Positions 29,711 through 37,299 of a stretch of 37,299 nucleotides of DNA are shown piece by piece; position 1 is the first letter of the stretch; each line of letters begins with the position of its first letter. The notes below the pieces were generated by a model. The model did no database searches. It had not been told where the DNA came from and saw nothing but the letters and a program-made list of their open reading frames with translations. The position numbers and the translations under genes are program-made. The stretch covers positions 1 to 37,299 of the forward strand of contig LT649328.1 of assembly GCA_900128395.1 (NCBI GenBank), read 5' to 3'. This DNA is from Stramenopiles sp. TOSAG23-2 (Eukaryota).

Positions 29711-32700
29711 TTATTCAAAATCATCACCATAATCATCACCTGTACTAGTAATACTTTCGCCTAATTTAATTGGCGAGCCTTGTGTACTATCTTCAAAATC
29801 ATCACCATAATCATCTGAAATGGTAGATGGTTTACTATCTAATATTTTACTTTCTTCTTCTCTAATTTGAGACGATTCAAAACCATCATCGCCATAATCA
29901 TCTTCATCATCTTCTTCAATAATACTATCAGACATAATTTTACTACTTTCTTTTGATTTTGTACCTTCCTCTTCTACCACATTATCAGAAATTACATTGG
30001 AATTTTCTTCTTCAAAATCATCATCAAAATCATCATCTCCATATTCATCAACAGATGTAAGTGATTTTTCAGATAATAATTTTGCTGCTTGTTCCTCTTC
30101 CGCTTCCTTTTTTGCACGAGCTTCTGCAGCTTCTTTCTTCTGTTTCTTTTGCAATTCAGCCTGTTTCTTCCTTTCTGCTTCTAGTTGTTCTTGTTTAGCG
30201 GCTTCTGCCATATGAGCTTCTTCTACTTGTTTTTGCCGTTTTATTTCTTCCAACCGTTTGCGCTCTTCCTCTTCTTGCTTTTTCAATTGTTCTAATTTTT
30301 CTTGTTCCGCTTTTAATTTTGCTTGTTGCTCTTGCTCCTTTGCCTGCGCTTCCTCGGCTTCTTTTTTCTCGGCTTCTAATTTTAATTTCATTTCTTCTTT
30401 TTTCTTTTCCTCTTCCTCCAATCGTTCTTTTTCTTTTTTAGCAGCTTCTTCATCAGCAATGCGTTGCTTCTCTGCAGCTTCTTTTGCCAATCGCTCATCT
30501 TCTATTCGTTTTAATTCCTCTTGTTTCTTTCGTTCTTCTTCTTCTTTTCGTGCTTTTTCCTCTGCTTCCTTCTTCGCCTTTTCAGCAGCTAGTTTTTCTT
30601 CCTCTTTCCGTTTTTCTTCTGCTACACGTTGACGTTCTATTTCCGCTAAACGTGCTTCTTCCGCTGCTTTTTCCTTTGCAATACGTTCGTCTTCTAAACG
30701 TTTTGCTTCAGCTGCACGTTCTGCTTCTTCTTTTTCTTTTTGCATACGAACTTTTTCCAATTCTTCACGTTCTTTCCTTTCCCGTTCTAAACGTGCCTCT
30801 AATTCCTTTGCTTCCTTCTGAACTCGTTTCAACTCTTTTTGCTCTTCGAGTTTTTTTCGTTGAGCTTCTTCTTTTTGAATTTTATATTTATCCTCCTCTA
30901 ATCGTTTTTTCATTCGATCCTCGATGGATTGAGAAAACACAGTTCCTGTAGCATTTGGAGAAACAATCTGTATAGGATATGGACCTTCATCAGTCAACCA
31001 TGTTGCAACTTTATTTGCCAATTTCATGCGATGGCCTGGCTGTAACAAACGTTTATATTTTTTACCACATGCTAATTTCAAATCTTCATAGTCTAATTCA
31101 ATTACATGTTTCTTTCCACTTTCCTCTTCCTTTGCTTCAAATGCCAATGCTTCTAAAGGCAAATCATATACGGTGACAAAATACAATTGTTCTTTTAAAC
31201 CAATATTCAAACTACATAAAACATCACGTCCCATAAATGCTAATTGCTCCTGACTCGATGTATTACTTTGATTTTGTTTCATTGAATTTATCCTTTGTTC
31301 ATGATTCATGCCAACACTACTAGCTGCAGATTGTTTTCCACTATCACCACGTTGACTACGTGAATCAGGCCGCTTACTCATTTTTTGAGAACCTGGCCTA
31401 CCACTACTGAAATGCTCTTGTGGAGGTGGTTGTGCTAAGCTACCTTTTTCATTTTGCATCGATGATTTTTTAGATACCACTTCATCATTTTCAAATTCAT
31501 CTTCGTAATTATCTTCCTCGTAATTTTCTTCCTCTTTTGATGCTTTCTGCTCATCTTGGTGTGCCACCGCCGATGTATTAGTATTGGATGATGCAATTGT
31601 ATTGCTATCATTCGATATTTGCTGTTGTTGCGATGATGCTTTGCTTCCTCCACTTTTTTGTTTAAAAGCCCCCCCGCCGCCGCCACCACCACCTTTCCTA
31701 TGGCTTTTCTTGCCTTTGTTAACACGGCCTAAGCCATCTCCAACATATCGTTGAGGTTCATTTGGTCCACCAAATGCATTCTCCAATAAATCATTTGGAT
31801 CGTCTGCACCTTCAAAATCATCTTTATATACATTGCCTTCACCACTACTTAAACTGGCATTACCATCCTCAACAAAGCCATCACTATATACATCGTCATC
31901 ATCTTCCTCAATATCATCACTATATTCCTCTTCGTAATCATCGCTACGACCATATTCATCATCGTATCTATCATCACGACTTCGGATATCACTGCTATAT
32001 TCATCACTACCATATGAATTGCTCCATTCACCACCACTTTCCTCACTACGATAATCATCCGTAACATCACTATCATAACGATCATCATCTGAGCGATATT
32101 GACCACGGCCACGACGACCATCGTATTCATCATCATCACGTTGCATTCCACCAGGTGTTTTTAATCTTAACGCTTCAGCACCTTCTGCTCCTAACCATTC
32201 CATATATTGTGGCCGACTACGAACAATTTGCAATGCCCATGCACACAATGCTGCGGCAGCCATACTTGTTTGGTCTAATAATTCAGGATCAAAATTATCA
32301 TTACATAAAAATGGCTGCAAGGCCCTAATTTTAAAACGTGGAATATTTGTCCCACGGAACGATCTTAAACGATGTAAAAAGTGATCTACATCTGCTATAC
32401 TACGACGTAGAGACGTCCAACTTAAATCTTCAGGTACACTTTCTCCAGGACTCAACAAGATCATAACAGTTGCACTAACTAATACAATTGCAGGTGGGGG
32501 GTTTGTCAATGCTGCCAATGCAACAATTTCTTTTCTGGACAATGCATCTTTTCTCGCTGCACGCGTTTGCCTTCTGCGCCTAGTCTCTGCTAATTTCATT
32601 TCCCTTTGTCGCATATGCATCTGTTCTGCATCAATATATGCAGCGCCAGATTCACCACGGCGGCTGCCTTTTTTCTGAGAGACACCACCACCTAACATAT

Positions 32701-34486
32701 TTGGCATTGATTGTGAATTTTTCTTATTTTTTTCCATGCGTTTCTTCTTTCGTTTATTTTTTTTCAATTTTCCCATGCGCCCTGTAGCAGCATTTTCCGG
32801 CCATGCACTTGTTTCCAAACTACGTGCCAAAGCTTCCATTTGATATTTTGCCTGTTCTTGCCATGATAATCGTGAACGTTGTCGTGGGTTTCCACCACCA
32901 CGTGTAAACGTGGTACCCAATGAACTATTTTGCTCATCTACCATCATTTGTATCTCCCCGCGTGAATTTGGAGGATACAATTGACCCATTGATAGATATG
33001 TACCCATTCCACCAGCAGGGGAACTTGGCCCTCTTCGTTTACTACCTTGGCTGGAACTACCAATTCTTGCATTCATCAACGGATGTAAACGTCCACCAGA
33101 TGGTACATCACGTCTACGTTGAAACATTGCACCACTGCCTTGGCGCATGTTGGTAGAAGAAGATGCACTGATCGCGCCACGGCTACCACCTTGTGTACCA
33201 GGGCGCAGCATACCTGCTGGTGGTTGTAAATTCGTGGCTTCCAGCTGCTCTTCTTGTCCACGTCGTTGATCTGACCTTGCACTGCTATTTCTAGATCTAT
33301 TGCCACCACGACTATTACCTTTTTGTCGATCTCGTCTTCTTCTTCTACGTTCTCGTTTTTCCTCACGAATCAATACCCATGCCATCGCTTGTACGTGTTC
33401 CTCATCTCGTTTCTGTTGCATTTCTCTTTGAATTTGTGGTGACAATGGCGTTTGTGGTTGAGGCGATTTGCTCCCATTCTCGCTAGTTTTTGCATTGGGA
33501 GATTTGTTATTTGAATCATTATTATTATTATTACTACTACTGTTATTATTATTATTATTATTATTAACGCCTCTGGAAGGTGGAGGCCTTGGAATCATAT
33601 CTAGATTCTGTGGCATCATGAATGGATTATGTACCATCGTATCTGGATCAATGCCAAGTGCACTTACTAATGGATAAACGTCTGCTAAAAAATCTGTATC
33701 GTCGCACATTTTCAACATGTAATTAATCCCATTCCACATAAAAGGCTCTTTCCTGGCATCATCCACTGCATTACGTATACGTGTTTGTTTACGATCAGGA
33801 TCTTTCTCCCCATCATTTTCACATGCTATTTTTTCACGTTTACCAACGTCCGCTGCTAAACCATCTCGCCATAATGTAATCCCATGGACAACAGCTAACG
33901 ATGCACTACGTGTTTGAACAAGCAAATCGATCAAACCACTTCCACCAGCAATGCGAAAAGGTGTCCTATCCCCAGCCAATAAACGTTTACTAACTGCTTT
34001 TAAACGGCGAACATATCCTTCACGTACTAAAATCATTTTTAAGACTTCCATTTCCGCTCGTTTCGTTCGTTCATCTCTACCTCTACTTTTAATGTGGAAA
34101 TCCGGGGAAGCAAATGAAAATGCACTGCTATCGTGCCCCGTAGCCATGGATGTTACGCCGCGACCTGGTCTAGATGGCTGCTCAATTAATTGTTGCACTC
34201 GTTGTCTTTTTAATTTATTAAATAAAGACGAGGAAGTATGTGAACCTTTTTTCATTCTTTTCCTTAACTTTCGTTGTGCACTACGAAATACTTTTGAGTC
34301 GGTTATGGAACAATATTGATCATTAATTGCATTGTAATATGGTATTCTTTGTGCTGCCATTGGTGTGGATGATCTCCATCCACATTCACGTGCACGTACC
34401 ATTTGTTTCTTTAATTCTTTATTCATTAAACGTCTTTGTGACGAAGTTAATGATTCCCTTTGCCTATGTATATTATTAGTTGACAT
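29711..34486 (-). CDS. 1591-aa protein with a stand-alone dynein stalk MTBD-like domain, an E/K/R/A charged helix and acidic Y-x-D-D-F repeats
   Basis: LSRKEIVALAALTNPPPAIVLVSATVMILL...SWTSLRR...FLHRL...NFDPELLDQTSMAAAALCAW matches the dynein heavy chain MTBD pattern. No AAA+ P-loops seen. Confidence 0.85.
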   Translation of the reverse strand: MSTNNIHRQRESLTSSQRRLMNKELKKQMVRARECGWRSSTPMAAQRIPYYNAINDQYCSITDSKVFRSAQRKLRKRMKKGSHTSSSLFNKLKRQRVQQLIEQPSRPGRGVTSMATGHDSSAFSFASPDFHIKSRGRDERTKRAEMEVLKMILVREGYVRRLKAVSKRLLAGDRTPFRIAGGSGLIDLLVQTRSASLAVVHGITLWRDGLAADVGKREKIACENDGEKDPDRKQTRIRNAVDDARKEPFMWNGINYMLKMCDDTDFLADVYPLVSALGIDPDTMVHNPFMMPQNLDMIPRPPPSRGVNNNNNNNNSSSNNNNNDSNNKSPNAKTSENGSKSPQPQTPLSPQIQREMQQKRDEEHVQAMAWVLIREEKRERRRRRRDRQKGNSRGGNRSRNSSARSDQRRGQEEQLEATNLQPPAGMLRPGTQGGSRGAISASSSTNMRQGSGAMFQRRRDVPSGGRLHPLMNARIGSSSQGSKRRGPSSPAGGMGTYLSMGQLYPPNSRGEIQMMVDEQNSSLGTTFTRGGGNPRQRSRLSWQEQAKYQMEALARSLETSAWPENAATGRMGKLKKNKRKKKRMEKNKKNSQSMPNMLGGGVSQKKGSRRGESGAAYIDAEQMHMRQREMKLAETRRRRQTRAARKDALSRKEIVALAALTNPPPAIVLVSATVMILLSPGESVPEDLSWTSLRRSIADVDHFLHRLRSFRGTNIPRFKIRALQPFLCNDNFDPELLDQTSMAAAALCAWALQIVRSRPQYMEWLGAEGAEALRLKTPGGMQRDDDEYDGRRGRGQYRSDDDRYDSDVTDDYRSEESGGEWSNSYGSDEYSSDIRSRDDRYDDEYGRSDDYEEEYSDDIEEDDDDVYSDGFVEDGNASLSSGEGNVYKDDFEGADDPNDLLENAFGGPNEPQRYVGDGLGRVNKGKKSHRKGGGGGGGGAFKQKSGGSKASSQQQQISNDSNTIASSNTNTSAVAHQDEQKASKEEENYEEDNYEDEFENDEVVSKKSSMQNEKGSLAQPPPQEHFSSGRPGSQKMSKRPDSRSQRGDSGKQSAASSVGMNHEQRINSMKQNQSNTSSQEQLAFMGRDVLCSLNIGLKEQLYFVTVYDLPLEALAFEAKEEESGKKHVIELDYEDLKLACGKKYKRLLQPGHRMKLANKVATWLTDEGPYPIQIVSPNATGTVFSQSIEDRMKKRLEEDKYKIQKEEAQRKKLEEQKELKRVQKEAKELEARLERERKEREELEKVRMQKEKEEAERAAEAKRLEDERIAKEKAAEEARLAEIERQRVAEEKRKEEEKLAAEKAKKEAEEKARKEEEERKKQEELKRIEDERLAKEAAEKQRIADEEAAKKEKERLEEEEKKKEEMKLKLEAEKKEAEEAQAKEQEQQAKLKAEQEKLEQLKKQEEEERKRLEEIKRQKQVEEAHMAEAAKQEQLEAERKKQAELQKKQKKEAAEARAKKEAEEEQAAKLLSEKSLTSVDEYGDDDFDDDFEEENSNVISDNVVEEEGTKSKESSKIMSDSIIEEDDEDDYGDDGFESSQIREEESKILDSKPSTISDDYGDDFEDSTQGSPIKLGESITSTGDDYGDDFE

Positions 34487-35342
34487 GTTCTATTTTATTA
34501 TTTAATTATATTATATAAATAAAAAAAATATTAATAATATTAGAAGAATGATGTTTGTCTATCACTAACCAACCAGCTAAATTGTATACCTGTGTATATA
34601 TATACGATTGAAAACACTATTTCCTGTAATGATTCTTTTTCCTGAAAAGAGGTTTAAAAAAAAAAATAAAAAATGGAACAAGAAAGGGATAATTATATAT
34701 ACTACTCTATCTTGCCCAAAGGCTTGCCTTCCTTCAGATATATTTGTACACGTTATAAATGTAGTATTTACAATAAATATATATATTTTTATTATTTTTT
34801 ATTTTATTACTGCATATGTCCATGTTAATTTTTGGCACCAAACCTGGCAAACCCAACGATCAAATGATGTAAGTGTTGTTTTTTTGCAAGCTCCAACTGA
34901 TTTGCATGCATTTCGTACTTGTATCGCCTATCTGTATTAAAGTAAAGAATAATTACCTATCAATTATGATTTACTAGGTACATACCATTACTAGCAAATA
35001 AGCGTGTGCAAGCTGGTAATATTCTTCCAGTTCATTATCATCGACATTTTTTATGAAAGTGTACCAGGTATGATACTGTGTACTGGACATCAATAAATTA
35101 AAATGATAGACATCAGATAATTGATTGATACCATATTCTACACCAAGAATGCCAGGAATGCTGGATGATACGAATCGTACAAATAAAGTAACAATAAATA
35201 TCTTATACTTAAACAAAATAATAATGTACCTACTCGTATTATAATTTAATCTTAAATTATTACCATACATATACACCCATATACAATTTTCGATGTAGTT
35301 CGTATGCATTTTTTTTTTAAAATAAACACAAGGGGATCCTTT

Positions 35343-37298
35343 TTATGTCTTTTGTTTCTGCATTAAATATTGATCATAATGTTGTTTTGTATATCCATTT
35401 TTAATCGCTTCTTCTGGATTTGCTTCATAATATCGTGCCCATTGTTCTGCAATTGCATCTGCATCAGCATTACTATTTGTTTCTTGCTGTTGCTGTGTGG
35501 CATCGTTACTGTTATTATTTTGTTGTTGTTGTTGTTGTTCATTTTGATTCACATTTGTAACATTATTCACATTGCTATAGTTATCATTATTTCCCTTTTC
35601 ATGATTATTAGTACCATTTGAAGTATTTGTTGGTGTTGTTGTCGTCGTAATCGTCGGTGTAGTAGTGGTAGTAGTAGTAGTGGCTGCCATTGATGATGTA
35701 GCAGCTGCTGCTATTGCTGCTGCTTTTTCTTCATCTTGTTTTTGATAATATAAAACCCATTGCTGACGATATGGATTATTCGGATCAAGATTTCTCTCAC
35801 GTTCAGGATCTTCAACTTCATTTGGATTTCCTGCTACGATTGAATTGCCTACTTGTTGTTGCTGTTGCTGCTGTTGTTGTAAAATTGCTTGTTGTGCATA
35901 ATACGCCGCCCACTGTGCTGCATATGGATTGTTTGGATTAACCGCAGCTCCACCACCACCCATCATACCCATTTGTTGATGGTGCATCATGTTATTGTTG
36001 TAATATGCTCTTGATGGATCATTTGATCTGGAACGAGATAAACGACTACGATCGCCACCAGCTAAGTCTAATGCTATTTCTTGGCTAAATGGAGATATTA
36101 TTCCTGCAATTTCCAATTTACAATTCTCAACGTTCGTTTTCAAACCGCTTATCGAGACATTTCGCATTTGACCTTTCTCTGTCGAAATTACATCTCTTTC
36201 AATATTTAACCTGACATTGAACTGATGCTTTAATCGATTAATCGTAGAACCTTGTTTGCCAATCACCCTGCCCGCATATACATTTGGTATATGAAATTTT
36301 ACAGATTCATGGCCTGCTGGTAAATTTGCATTGTTTCCGTATGTATTTTGCCTTGCTACGATTTGCTGTAACACTTTTACCATTTCATCTTGTGCAAGCT
36401 GGCAAGATTCTTCAGTAGGACCACATATCGTAATCGTGCGATATCTCATATCAGTCTCATCTGCTTGACTTGGAATATTTAAAAAAGCACCTGATACTCC
36501 ATTAATGTGGTTGATCGTACTACCACCTTTCCCGATGACCTGCCCGACCGTGTTATCTAATATACGTACTTTTTTATGAATAGGCCCACCTCGCAACACT
36601 TGTTGTTTTTGTACATTATTGTTGTTGCCGCCATGCCCCCCCATTCGTCTCATTTCACCTTCTCGTTTAAAATCCTCAATCGTTTTATTAATTAATTCTT
36701 TTGCTTTTTCAATTTTTTCTTTCGTACCACGAATTGTCAACCGGCGTCCTTGTTGCCCCGGTTGCATTTCAATGTCACGTTGCATCTGTATAGATGCACC
36801 AGATACAATTTGAAGTTCACGAATTTTTTCACCTTGACGCCCAATTATTGCACCAACTGTATTTTGTGGCACGAACATTTCCTCTAATGGATCCATTTCG
36901 TTTGGCTGTGGTAACTGATGATACGAAGCGGAAATGCCACCTGATAAACTTTGCAATTGTTCTGCTTTTACTTTATCTGGGTTTTTAATTAAATCTTCAA
37001 TCATACCTTTAGCAATATCAATTTGTGCATTTGTACCTTCCAATACAACATGGAGATCCTCTTCTGTTTCGTCGGTTCCATCTTTCGACGAACCTTTTCC
37101 ACGAACTTTTACTTCACAACCACCACTTGCAGCTCGAATACGTTTAATATTTGAACCTTTTGGACCACAAATTAAACCGACCCATTTAATATCTTTTCGT
37201 TCATTTACAGGTACATAGACTTTTTCAACTTTCATATCATTATTTGGACGTTTATTTGCATTCTTGTCGACAAAAAATAAATCGGTATCTGCACTCAA
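35343..37298 (-). CDS. Multi-KH RNA-binding protein: one SF1/BBP-type KH, three FUBP-type KH and Tyr-rich WxxYY boxes (probably 5'-truncated)
   Basis: WVGLICGPKG...VRGKGS...EDLHV (SF1-type); VGAIIGRQGE, VGQVIGKGGS and AGRVIGKQGS; YAAQWAAYY, YRQQWVLYY, AEQWARYY. The frame is open to the window end. Confidence 0.88.
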   Translation of the reverse strand: MSADTDLFFVDKNANKRPNNDMKVEKVYVPVNERKDIKWVGLICGPKGSNIKRIRAASGGCEVKVRGKGSSKDGTDETEEDLHVVLEGTNAQIDIAKGMIEDLIKNPDKVKAEQLQSLSGGISASYHQLPQPNEMDPLEEMFVPQNTVGAIIGRQGEKIRELQIVSGASIQMQRDIEMQPGQQGRRLTIRGTKEKIEKAKELINKTIEDFKREGEMRRMGGHGGNNNNVQKQQVLRGGPIHKKVRILDNTVGQVIGKGGSTINHINGVSGAFLNIPSQADETDMRYRTITICGPTEESCQLAQDEMVKVLQQIVARQNTYGNNANLPAGHESVKFHIPNVYAGRVIGKQGSTINRLKHQFNVRLNIERDVISTEKGQMRNVSISGLKTNVENCKLEIAGIISPFSQEIALDLAGGDRSRLSRSRSNDPSRAYYNNNMMHHQQMGMMGGGGAAVNPNNPYAAQWAAYYAQQAILQQQQQQQQQVGNSIVAGNPNEVEDPERERNLDPNNPYRQQWVLYYQKQDEEKAAAIAAAATSSMAATTTTTTTTPTITTTTTPTNTSNGTNNHEKGNNDNYSNVNNVTNVNQNEQQQQQQNNNSNDATQQQQETNSNADADAIAEQWARYYEANPEEAIKNGYTKQHYDQYLMQKQKT

Positions 37299-37299
37299 T

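Noticed and set aside
29997..34319. Antisense and alternate-frame ORFs overlapping long genes, here and throughout the window
   Set aside because: They are shadow ORFs of low-complexity coding sequence (poly-F/S/I/Y/L) with no independent motifs.

Overview
AT-rich, gene-dense, almost intron-free nuclear DNA from a unicellular eukaryote with many poly-Asn (AAT)n tracts. A flagellated stramenopile-like protist is my inference and is not established. About 17 protein genes are present: COQ5, a CREST-type membrane protein with an apparent frameshift, a small SAM-like mitochondrial protein, an SGNH-like protein, an 860-aa orphan, a head-to-head Fe-ADH / GST-like pair (both end in PTS1-like tripeptides), a multi-pass IQ-motif protein, COX15, an F-box-like/ankyrin protein, a three-exon GH65 (PGGHG-like), a ChAPs/exomer adaptor, a RING-less Cwc24, a 1591-aa protein with a stand-alone dynein MTBD-like domain, and an SF1-type/FUBP-type multi-KH protein. 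Intergenic DNA carries a hAT-like MITE with a perfect 8-bp TSD, a dispersed inverted-repeat family (3 loci) and a 207-nt fold-back element. The only two clear introns lie in one gene and resemble each other beyond the splice signals (Introner-like). No rRNA, tRNA or CRISPR was recognised. All family calls come from motif recognition by eye; no searches were run.
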